32,000 nucleotides of DNA, from positions 60,001 through 92,000 of the forward strand of contig JBMYVL010000006.1 of assembly GCA_049606355.1 (NCBI GenBank), written 5' to 3'. The DNA comes from Opitutales bacterium. GTDB lineage: Bacteria; Verrucomicrobiota; Verrucomicrobiia; Opitutales; Coraliomargaritaceae. Both the position numbers and the translations under genes were made by a program. This document shows, one piece after another, positions 1-12,505 of this stretch. The stretch's first letter is position 1. Each line of letters begins with the position of its first letter. The notes beneath the pieces are model-generated. The model did no database searches. It was not told where the DNA came from and was given only the letters and a program-made list of their open reading frames with translations.

Positions 1-1684
<1,684 letters not shown>

Positions 1685-1812
1685 TTGTTGCGGTGGCCGA
1701 ATGTCTGAGAACAGATGTGTAAGATGAACGAGCTAAGCGCAAGTTTGGAAAATAGCCCGATTACTTGCAGGCGATTGGATGGCCGTCGTGCTCGGATCGG
1801 GTGGCTTCGAGA

Positions 1813-2196
1813 TCAGTCCCAATAGTCGTCCCCGTAATTGAAGAACAATTCCTCGCCCGGTAGGATGCGTCGCAGGGCTTCGAAACGTGCGGTTTTCCAG
1901 CGCGTCGAGACCACCAAAAAGAGGTTGGGGTTGGAGCTGTGGTTGATGTAGCGCGTGTAGTTGGCCCGTGGTCCTTCGCCGATCAGGATGTGGGTGCGAC
2001 ACAGCCACAGTAGGTAGTCTGAGCGTGCGGCGGAGGAGTGGTACAGTTCATCTGCGGTCAACACCTCGCCGGTGTAGTAACCGATCGTTTGTTCCGGCTC
2101 GATAGTGATGCGGCTGAACAAGCCCCGCCCCGCACCGGGAATCGTCGAGCTGCGCACTTCAAACTGTGCGGCGGTCCAGGTTTTAGGTGCGGGCAT
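1813..2196 (-). CDS. Minimal SET-domain protein (putative protein-lysine methyltransferase), 127 aa
   Basis: The ORF-track translation carries the SET signature elements GAGRGLF (AdoMet-binding GxG), YINHSSNPN (the NHSxxPN pseudoknot motif) and GEELFFNYG (ELxxxY with the catalytic Tyr). No pre- or post-SET Cys-rich regions and no signal peptide are present. Confidence 0.85.
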   Translation of the reverse strand: MPAPKTWTAAQFEVRSSTIPGAGRGLFSRITIEPEQTIGYYTGEVLTADELYHSSAARSDYLLWLCRTHILIGEGPRANYTRYINHSSNPNLFLVVSTRWKTARFEALRRILPGEELFFNYGDDYWD

Positions 2197-2228
2197 GGCT
2201 TTAAATCGGGGTCGTGCGGAGCCTTGCC

Positions 2229-3239
2229 TCAGGGCGCGAGCAATTCCTGAATCCAGCGGCGGTGGGGTCCGGAGAGCGTAATGCAGTCGAGGTCATGCAC
2301 CGCGATCCAGTGCAGGCCGGCGGGTAATCGATCGGGTGCCGTTGCGGCATAGATGCTTTCTCGGATGCGCCGGTTGGTGATGCCACGGGTCTTGATCGCC
2401 AGCGCCTTGCGCGTGGAAGGGTTGATGCCGAGCAGTTCGCGGGTGGGTAACTCATACTGGCCGGCGAGTTGCTTGGCATCATCCGGGATGCGGTGCAGCA
2501 GTAGCTTGCCGCCATCGAGGATCCAGAGGCGATCGATCTCCACACGTTGCGTCACGGCGCGGGTAATCTTGGGTAAGGCTTCCGCAGAACCGGCGCTTCC
2601 TCCGGCACAGTAATCCGCCACCGGGCAGCGTGTGCACTGTGGTTGTTGTTTGGTACAAATGGTGGCGCCGAGCTCCATCATCGCTTGGTTGTGGTCGCCC
2701 GGTGTGTCGTGGTTGAGGAGGGCATCCGCCAGTGGCGTCATGGCTTTAACGGCGGCACCGTTGTTTTTAAAGCTGCGGCCATCATTGCTCAGTCGGGCAA
2801 GGATGCGTACGACATTGCCGTCGACCACAGCGGCTGGGTAGCCCTGCGCGATCGAGCTGATTGCCGCTGCGGTGTAGGGCCCGATGCCGGGCAAGGCTTG
2901 CCACGCGTCGCGGGTCTGTGGTTTGTCGTTGAGAGCGACATAGTCCTTAGCGAGTTGGTGAAGGTTGCGCGCGCGGCTGTAGTAGCCGAGGCCTTCCCAA
3001 TGCTTGAGGACATCCTCGCTGGGCGCTTCGGCCAAGGTTTCAAAATCCGGGAAGCGCTGCAGCCAGCGCTCGAAGTAGGGCAGCATAGTCTTGATCTGGG
3101 TTTGCTGCGCCATCAGCTCCGACACCACAGTTTTGTACAGACTCGGCTGCGTCCGCCAGGGCAGGGGGCGCTGCGCCTGTGCATACCAGTCGAGGAGGGC
3201 GCGTTGCAGGGGGGCAATCTGGCTGTCCAGTGGGCTCAT
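2229..3239 (-). CDS. mutY: A/G-specific adenine DNA glycosylase MutY
   Basis: N-terminus LLDWYAQAQRPLPWR, catalytic region VSELMAQQTQI, VDGNVVRILAR (catalytic Asp), and a 4Fe-4S loop CTKQQPQCTRCPVADYC (C-x6-C-x2-C-x5-C). The C-terminal NUDIX-like domain length (336 aa in total) distinguishes it from Nth. Confidence 0.93.
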   Translation of the reverse strand: MSPLDSQIAPLQRALLDWYAQAQRPLPWRTQPSLYKTVVSELMAQQTQIKTMLPYFERWLQRFPDFETLAEAPSEDVLKHWEGLGYYSRARNLHQLAKDYVALNDKPQTRDAWQALPGIGPYTAAAISSIAQGYPAAVVDGNVVRILARLSNDGRSFKNNGAAVKAMTPLADALLNHDTPGDHNQAMMELGATICTKQQPQCTRCPVADYCAGGSAGSAEALPKITRAVTQRVEIDRLWILDGGKLLLHRIPDDAKQLAGQYELPTRELLGINPSTRKALAIKTRGITNRRIRESIYAATAPDRLPAGLHWIAVHDLDCITLSGPHRRWIQELLAP

Positions 3240-3349
3240 TGCCGGCCACAGTCGAGTATCTGCTGGCCTAGGTCGAACCTAGAATACACCTACCGACGCT
3301 TGCGTAATTCCCGCTTGCTCCCCGCCATACAATCCACAGTTAGTGGAGC

Positions 3350-4339
3350 ATGCCTAAAAAGAAGTCGCAGGCGCCCGAAGAAGCGGGCCCCAAGGTCAAG
3401 ACCAGCTACACCCTCAAGCTCGACGAAGCGCAGATGGATAAACTGGCCGACTATTTGGAAGCCGGACATCAGGGCCCTTGGTTTCACTACGACGTGGCGT
3501 ACTCGCTGTTCGCCTTCAAGGGGGAGAAGGTCAATGTCGTCGGCTACCAAAGCGGTAAGCTGGTGGTGTCAGGTAAAAAGACCGAAGACTTTGTACGCGA
3601 TATCCTGGAGCCTGAGATCACCGGTGAGGCAAAGCTCGGTTACGAAGCCGTACACCATCCCGAGTGGTTTGAGCTGCACGCCGGTATGGACGAGAGCGGC
3701 AAGGGCGACTTGTTCGGTCCGCTGGTGACCGCCTGTGTGGTGGCCGATGGTGACATGGTGCGCCAGTGGCTGGAGCTCGGCGTGGCGGATAGTAAAAAAC
3801 TCAGCGACGGCAGCATCCTCAAACTCGATAAGGCGATCCGCCAGACCAAGGGTGTGGTCATCCAAACGGCGTTTGCCCGCATGCCGAAATACAATGAGCT
3901 ATACACAAAGTTCGATCGCAACTTGAACAAACTGCTCGCCTGGTATCATGGGAAATCGCTGACCCAGGCGCTCGATCAGCGCGCCGCGCCATGGGGTCTG
4001 TTAGACCAATTCACCAAGCAGAAGCTAGTCGACGCTTATGTGAAAGACCGCAAGGACTTCAAACTGATCAGTCGTACGAAGGCGGAGTCCGACCCCGTGG
4101 TGGCGGCGGCCTCCATTGTGGCGCGCGCTGTTTATGTGCGCGAAATGAAGCGCCTGTCTGACGAGTTCGGGGAGCCGTTGGTCAAAGGCGCCAGTGGCAA
4201 GGTGTTGGCACAGGCGAAGCAGATCGTCGCCGACAAAGGTGCGGATGCCCTAAAAAATTACGCGAAACTCCATTTTAAGACCGCATATGAAGCGCAGGGC
4301 CTGGAACCGCCCGCCAAGCCGAGCTGGTATAAGTACTAA
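3350..4339 (+). CDS. rnhC: Ribonuclease HIII
   Basis: About 85-aa N-terminal substrate-binding-type domain, followed by GMDESGKGDLFGPLV, ADSKKLSD and DPVVAAASIVAR, which are type-2 RNase H catalytic motifs in the RNase HIII arrangement. Length is 329 aa. Confidence 0.85.
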   Translation: MPKKKSQAPEEAGPKVKTSYTLKLDEAQMDKLADYLEAGHQGPWFHYDVAYSLFAFKGEKVNVVGYQSGKLVVSGKKTEDFVRDILEPEITGEAKLGYEAVHHPEWFELHAGMDESGKGDLFGPLVTACVVADGDMVRQWLELGVADSKKLSDGSILKLDKAIRQTKGVVIQTAFARMPKYNELYTKFDRNLNKLLAWYHGKSLTQALDQRAAPWGLLDQFTKQKLVDAYVKDRKDFKLISRTKAESDPVVAAASIVARAVYVREMKRLSDEFGEPLVKGASGKVLAQAKQIVADKGADALKNYAKLHFKTAYEAQGLEPPAKPSWYKY

Positions 4340-4435
4340 GCGATGGCCAGCGGCCAGTTATTTGATGATGGAGGCCGGGACGCGCGAAGTGTAAAAATGA
4401 TTTACACGCCGGAGTGCACGGGCTAGCACTTACGG

Positions 4436-5404
4436 ATGGCATGCAAATGTCTTACCCCCTTGATTATCATTCTGTTGTGTTGGCTGCCGTGCCCCGCTAG
4501 TGCGGTTCTCGCGGCCTCGCCGGCCCTAACAGCGCCCCTGCCGAGTCTCGATGCCGACTTGGTCTGGATTGATATGGTGAAGGTCGAGAGTGGCTCGTTT
4601 TTGCGCGGCGATGCTTTTGCTGAAGGCAGCCCCGATGAGCGCCCGCAGCACAGTGTGGTGCTCGCCTCATTTTACATCGCTCCGACTGAGACGACTTACG
4701 CGCAATGGCTGGCAGTGCGTGATTGGGCGGTCCAAAACGGCTACCCCGAATTGTCGGGTGTCGGCGCAGGCAAAGGGAGTGACCACCCGGTCCACAGCGT
4801 GAGTTGGTTGGATGCGGTCAAATGGTGTAATGCCGCCAGCGAGCGTCTCGGCTTGGCACCCGTATACCGCACCGATGGCGGAGAAATCTACCGCGGAGGG
4901 GAATGGCCGCCTGAGATGGACATTACCCAGAATGGCTTCCGCCTACCGACCGAGGCGGAGTGGGAGTACGCCGCGCGCGGTGGCTTGCAGGGCAAGCGCT
5001 ATCCTTGGGGTGATACGATTTCGCACCGAGAGGCGAACTATCGAGCGAATCGCAGTGCCAGCAGTTACGATTGGAGCCACACCGTACTGGATACGTACCA
5101 TCAGGATTTTTATAGCGGTGATCCGCCTTATACCGCTCCAGTGGGCTCATTTGCTCCCAATGCGTACGGTCTGTATGATGTCGCCGGTAATGTGTGGGAG
5201 TGGTGCTATGATCGCTTCAGTAAAAGCGATTACCCCGACCGTGAGGTGACCGACCCTACAGGCCCTGAAACGGGGCTCAATCGCATCCACCGCGGGGGCA
5301 GTTACCACAATTTAGCTTATTACGTACGCACTAGTTTCCGCAGTTATTACTTCGCTGATTTTCGTGGCGATAGTATTGGTTTTCGACTGGCGCGCAGTCG
5401 CTAA
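4436..5404 (+). CDS. Secreted FGE/sulfatase-modifying-factor-like (SUMF1/EgtB/PvdO family) domain protein
   Basis: N-terminal hydrophobic signal-like segment (LIIILLCWLPCPASAVLA). Family motifs HPVHSVSWLDAVKWCN, GFRLPTEAEWEYAARGG, YPWGD, NAYGLYDVAGNVWEWCYD, RGGSY and GFRLARS are present. Confidence 0.85.
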   Translation: MACKCLTPLIIILLCWLPCPASAVLAASPALTAPLPSLDADLVWIDMVKVESGSFLRGDAFAEGSPDERPQHSVVLASFYIAPTETTYAQWLAVRDWAVQNGYPELSGVGAGKGSDHPVHSVSWLDAVKWCNAASERLGLAPVYRTDGGEIYRGGEWPPEMDITQNGFRLPTEAEWEYAARGGLQGKRYPWGDTISHREANYRANRSASSYDWSHTVLDTYHQDFYSGDPPYTAPVGSFAPNAYGLYDVAGNVWEWCYDRFSKSDYPDREVTDPTGPETGLNRIHRGGSYHNLAYYVRTSFRSYYFADFRGDSIGFRLARSR

Positions 5405-5489
5405 GTAGCGCGCAACTGACCTGCTTGGGTTCTCCGGCGCTGGCGTATTTTAAATTGCTTTTTTAAAAAAAGGTTAAAAAATAAGAAAC

Positions 5490-6245
5490 ATGAAAGTGTT
5501 GGTACTAGGTATTGGCTTACTGGTCGCCCACGGTCTAAGTGCGGACGTGTTTAACTTCGCTTACGATTGGGAAGATGGTCAGTACTCGGTCGGTTACACC
5601 CACCCCCGGACGCCGGCACATTTGCCGCCCGGTGAAGGTGGTTCGGGCTACTACGGCCCCGGCTTTCATCTAACTGCTGTCGATAATGTCAGTTCGGGCG
5701 TCGAAGCGCTCTGGGGTGATGTTTCCAGCAATACGGTTACCCCAGCAAGTGGCAGTCAAATGCTCACATTTACTGCATATAGCGAAACAGGTGGGGGTAG
5801 TCCGGGCACCGTCTATTTGTCGGGCTTGACTGGCCTAAACGCGGGTGACTCCGTCAATGTTTCGCTCTCTGCATGGGATTCGACGATCAATGATGACACC
5901 TATTTGCGGCTGGCTGGTTATGCTTACGCGGGCACCACCTATGTCTCCAGTTACACGAACCAGTTCGAGAAGACTTCCGTACAGGGTTGGCAGACCCTCA
6001 GTGCAGTCTACGTAGTGCCTGAGGGTGCTAACACCATTAGTATCGAATTGCGTGAGGGCAGCGATTGGGGCACGACTTATTTTGTCGATAACCTTGCCAT
6101 CTCAGTAACCACGGAGAGCAGCTCTGCGACCTTACGCATGCCGAATGAATACATTGATGACCTTTCTGCAGTACCGGAAGCGTCTCACACGGTGTTTTAT
6201 TTGGCATGGATCTGCGGTGTGTGGGCGATCCTGCGCCGGCGATAG
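5490..6245 (+). CDS. PEP-CTERM-anchored secreted protein with a CBM-like beta-sandwich region
   Basis: N-terminal signal peptide MKVLVLGIGLLVAHGLSA. The C-terminus is VPEAS, then the hydrophobic span HTVFYLAWICGVWAIL, then RRR, which is the PEP-CTERM exosortase sorting architecture. The central GWQTLSAVYVVPEGANTISIEL...YFVDNLAI resembles carbohydrate-binding-module jelly-rolls; that part is inference. Confidence 0.8.
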   Translation: MKVLVLGIGLLVAHGLSADVFNFAYDWEDGQYSVGYTHPRTPAHLPPGEGGSGYYGPGFHLTAVDNVSSGVEALWGDVSSNTVTPASGSQMLTFTAYSETGGGSPGTVYLSGLTGLNAGDSVNVSLSAWDSTINDDTYLRLAGYAYAGTTYVSSYTNQFEKTSVQGWQTLSAVYVVPEGANTISIELREGSDWGTTYFVDNLAISVTTESSSATLRMPNEYIDDLSAVPEASHTVFYLAWICGVWAILRRR

Positions 6246-6373
6246 GGGTGATCCGCGCTGCCCTGCGAAATTTTTGTCCTGTCGGCTTGCCAAACCGGCT
6301 CTCGGGGCTATCGCTTGTGCGCTGAATTAATAGTCCTGTCCGCTCGCACGGGTAGGGGACTCAACCCAGTTGA

Positions 6374-8632
<2,259 letters not shown>

Positions 8633-8665
8633 TCGGATCCTCGGGCAGTCTGGCTGCCTGCGCTT

Positions 8666-9415
8666 ATGCCGCTTAATGCTCTCCAGTCGCACGATGCAGC
8701 CCGCTTAAAAACAGCGAGCCATTTGATTGGTATCGACGAAGCGGGGCGCGGTTGTCTGGCAGGGCCGGTGGTGGCCGGCGCCTGTCTGCTGACAGCCGAC
8801 TTCTTTGAACATCCCACGGCAGTGGCCCGCAGTGCGGCGATTCATGACTCCAAGCAGCTCTCGGGTACAGCCCGGGAGGCACAGTTTGACAGCCTAAAGG
8901 AGCTACAAGGAGAGGGTCTGCTGGATTTTGAAGTCGCGCAGGGCTCGGTTGAGGAGATTGCGGAGCTGAATATTCTGGGTGCCAATCGATTGGCAATGCA
9001 GCGCGCAGTGGACGCCTTGATCGCGCGGCAGGTGGACCTCGAACTACCTGTCCACGACGAAGATCCTTTGTTTGCCGCGGGGGCGGCGAAGGGGCCAAGC
9101 TCTACAAGCCAAGGCCCCAAAAAAGTCAGCCTGATAGTGGACGGCCGCCCACTGAAGCCCTGGCCCTACCAGCACGAAGGTATCATTAAAGGCGATGGCA
9201 AGTCTCTGGCGATTGCGATGGCAAGTATCGCGGCGAAGGTCACCCGCGACCGGCAGATGCTCGAGCTCGGGGCGGCGCACCCTCACTATGGCTTTGAGCA
9301 GCACATGGGCTACGCGACCCAAGCCCATCGCGCGGCGATCCTGGCGCACGGCCCCTGTCCGCAGCACCGCGCGTTGTTTTTGCGCAAAGTACTCGGCACG
9401 GACGCGGGGACTTAA
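8666..9415 (+). CDS. rnhB: Ribonuclease HII (with lineage-specific insertion)
   Basis: IGIDEAGRGCLAGPVV, HDSKQLS, LIVDG, KGDGKSLAIAMASIAAKVTRD and YGFEQHMGY match type-2 RNase HII motifs. Confidence 0.9.
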   Translation: MPLNALQSHDAARLKTASHLIGIDEAGRGCLAGPVVAGACLLTADFFEHPTAVARSAAIHDSKQLSGTAREAQFDSLKELQGEGLLDFEVAQGSVEEIAELNILGANRLAMQRAVDALIARQVDLELPVHDEDPLFAAGAAKGPSSTSQGPKKVSLIVDGRPLKPWPYQHEGIIKGDGKSLAIAMASIAAKVTRDRQMLELGAAHPHYGFEQHMGYATQAHRAAILAHGPCPQHRALFLRKVLGTDAGT

Positions 9416-9609
9416 GGGCTTGGCAGCGGGCGAGCGGCCTGACTGCGTTGCTGATTTCTATCGACAGGACGCGGTATTCGCGGAAACTGCCGGCGAGTTG
9501 AGTCTGCTCGGGCATGCGGCGGTGGTCTAGCGGCTCGCGTGCGCCGGGAATCGCCTGTGGCCGCGCTGATGCGGTCGTTTGAGCAATCCAGATTTTTTCG
9601 AAATTAGTG

Positions 9610-9638
9610 TTGACTGGCTAAAACGGGAACATCACTTT
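9610..9638 (+). promoter_or_regulatory. Candidate sigma70-type promoter for the tRNA-Thr/tuf transcription unit
   Basis: TTGACT (9610-9615), a 17-nt spacer, then CACTTT (9633-9638), followed by a GC-rich discriminator CGCGGGC. An A/T-rich tract (AGATTTTTTCGAAATTAG) lies upstream. The -10 element is weak, and the assignment is by eye only. Confidence 0.3.
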
Positions 9639-9709
9639 CGCGGGCTTTCCAAAATTTCAACCCGTACGGCTGTTTGAAGTCCGGCTCTTTTTAGTTCTTT
9701 TCATGATGT

Positions 9710-9787
<78 letters not shown>

Positions 9788-9836
9788 AACGAAACACAAC
9801 ACTAACACAATCTCTCAACACTAAACAACTCCAACC

Positions 9837-11027
9837 ATGGCTAAGGAAACATTCGAAAGAACCAAACCGCACGTTAACGTAGGTACCATCGGTCACATTG
9901 ACCACGGTAAAACTACCACAACGACTGCTATCCTCAAGGTGCAGGCTGACAAGGGCCTTGCTGAATTCAAGTCCTATGCGGACATCGCAAAGGGTGGTAC
10001 CGTTCGTGACGAAACGAAGACAGTTACGATTGCGGTGGCCCACGTTGAATACGAGACAGCGAACCGTCACTATGCACACGTTGACTGCCCAGGGCACGCT
10101 GACTTCGTGAAGAACATGATCACCGGTGCGGCGCAAATGGACGGCGCGATTCTGGTGGTTTCCGCTGCAGATGGCCCCATGCCACAAACTCGTGAGCACA
10201 TCCTGTTGGCTCGCCAGGTTGGTGTTCCAACCATCGTGGTATGGCTCAACAAGGTTGACCTGTTGGACGACGAAGAGTTGCTCGAGCTGGTTGAAATGGA
10301 AGTTCGTGACCTCCTTTCCAAGTACGACTACCCAGGCGACGATATCACTATCGTGCGTGGTTCCGCTACTGCAGCACTTGACGGCAAGCCAGAAGGTGTT
10401 GAAGCAGTTGGTAAGCTGATGGATGCGATCGACGCAGACATCGCTGAGCCTGCTCGTGAAGTCGACAAGCCATTCCTGATGTCTGTTGAAGACGTCTTCT
10501 CGATTACCGGTCGTGGTACCGTAGCAACCGGTCGTATCGAGCGTGGTCTCGTGAAGGTTGGTGAGGAAATTGAGATCGTCGGTATGACCGAGACTCAAAA
10601 GACCACCGTTACCGGTGTGGAAATGTTCCGCAAGCAACTCGAGCAAGGTATGGCGGGCGACAACGTCGGTCTGCTGCTTCGTGGTATTGACAAGGAAGCA
10701 ATCGAGCGTGGCCAAGTTTTGGCTAAGCCAGGATCGATCACTCCACACACCACTGCAAAGGCTGAGCTTTATGTCCTCTCCAAGGATGAGGGTGGTCGCC
10801 ACACGCCATTCTTCGATGGCTACCGTCCACAGTTCTTCTTCGGTACAGCTGACGTGACCGGCATCATCAAGACACCAGACGGTGTGGAGATGGTCATGCC
10901 TGGTGACAACATCACTGTAACGGTCGAACTCGGTAAGTCGATTGCGATGGAAGCCGGTCAGCGTTTCGCGATCCGCGAAGGGGGCCGTACCATCGGTGCC
11001 GGCCGCATCACTGAGGTTGTTAAGTAA
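9837..11027 (+). CDS. tuf: Translation elongation factor Tu
   Basis: GHIDHGKTT (G1), DCPGHADF (G3), NKVD (G4), 396 aa, full-length EF-Tu-like sequence. Confidence 0.99.
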   Translation: MAKETFERTKPHVNVGTIGHIDHGKTTTTTAILKVQADKGLAEFKSYADIAKGGTVRDETKTVTIAVAHVEYETANRHYAHVDCPGHADFVKNMITGAAQMDGAILVVSAADGPMPQTREHILLARQVGVPTIVVWLNKVDLLDDEELLELVEMEVRDLLSKYDYPGDDITIVRGSATAALDGKPEGVEAVGKLMDAIDADIAEPAREVDKPFLMSVEDVFSITGRGTVATGRIERGLVKVGEEIEIVGMTETQKTTVTGVEMFRKQLEQGMAGDNVGLLLRGIDKEAIERGQVLAKPGSITPHTTAKAELYVLSKDEGGRHTPFFDGYRPQFFFGTADVTGIIKTPDGVEMVMPGDNITVTVELGKSIAMEAGQRFAIREGGRTIGAGRITEVVK

Positions 11028-11053
11028 ACCTCTTTATATTTTTACAGTTTATT

Positions 11054-11091
11054 GCCGAGGGCTCGCTTGGGCCCTCGGCTTCACTGTCTTT
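11054..11091 (+). terminator. Stem-loop after tuf (possible partial terminator or processing structure)
   Basis: GCCGAGGGC (11054-11062) pairs with GCCCTCGGC (11071-11079). Two further inner pairs leave a GCTT loop. The following tract TTCACTGTCTTT is imperfect and U-poor, so termination would be only partial, consistent with tRNA-Trp and secE lying downstream. Confidence 0.4.
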
Positions 11092-11114
11092 AACTGCACA
11101 ACAGGTTATTCAGT

Positions 11115-11195
<81 letters not shown>

Positions 11196-11199
11196 CATC

Positions 11200-11403
11200 A
11201 TGAAAAACCCATTCACCAGCATCCGCCTCTTTTACAAGGAGACGATGACCGAGCTCAAGAAGGCCTCGTGGCCCAGCAAGACTGAATTGCGCGACTCGAC
11301 CATCGTGGTACTCCTGGCGACGGTCTTATTGGGATCCTTCATCGCACTGACGGACTTTTCGTTGATGAACGGCGTGCAGTTGCTCACGGACTGGGTGCGC
11401 TAA
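11200..11403 (+). CDS. secE: Preprotein translocase subunit SecE (short form, 67 aa)
   Basis: The start was moved to the internal Met of ORF 11161..11403, because the upstream part overlaps tRNA-Trp. MKNPFTSIRLFYKETMTELKKASWPSKTEL plus a single TM segment (IVVLLATVLLGSFIAL) matches the short SecE architecture. Confidence 0.9.
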   Translation: MKNPFTSIRLFYKETMTELKKASWPSKTELRDSTIVVLLATVLLGSFIALTDFSLMNGVQLLTDWVR

Positions 11404-11468
11404 GGCGTGTGCCTCGCCTCGCGCGGTAGCGGTTTGTGTAAATTTTAGTTTTATTTATTTAGTCGAAG

Positions 11469-12472
<1,004 letters not shown>

Positions 12473-12505
12473 GCACTTTTTCTAACCTAAACAAGGAGAA
12501 CCAAC

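Noticed and set aside
2643-3728. 361-aa plus-strand ORF spanning the mutY antisense strand, the divergent promoter region and an alternative frame of rnhC
   Set aside because: It overlaps two well-supported genes and an intergenic region, has no recognisable domain, and has a Arg/Ser/Pro-rich composition consistent with an off-frame artefact.
9515-9590. tRNA-like string GCGGCGGTGGTCTAGCGGCTCGCG in the rnhB / tRNA-Thr spacer
   Set aside because: It resembles an acceptor plus D-loop start, but I could not build a D-stem complement, an anticodon arm or a T arm (no GTTCRANYC). It is not a tRNA and shows no convincing pseudogene structure.
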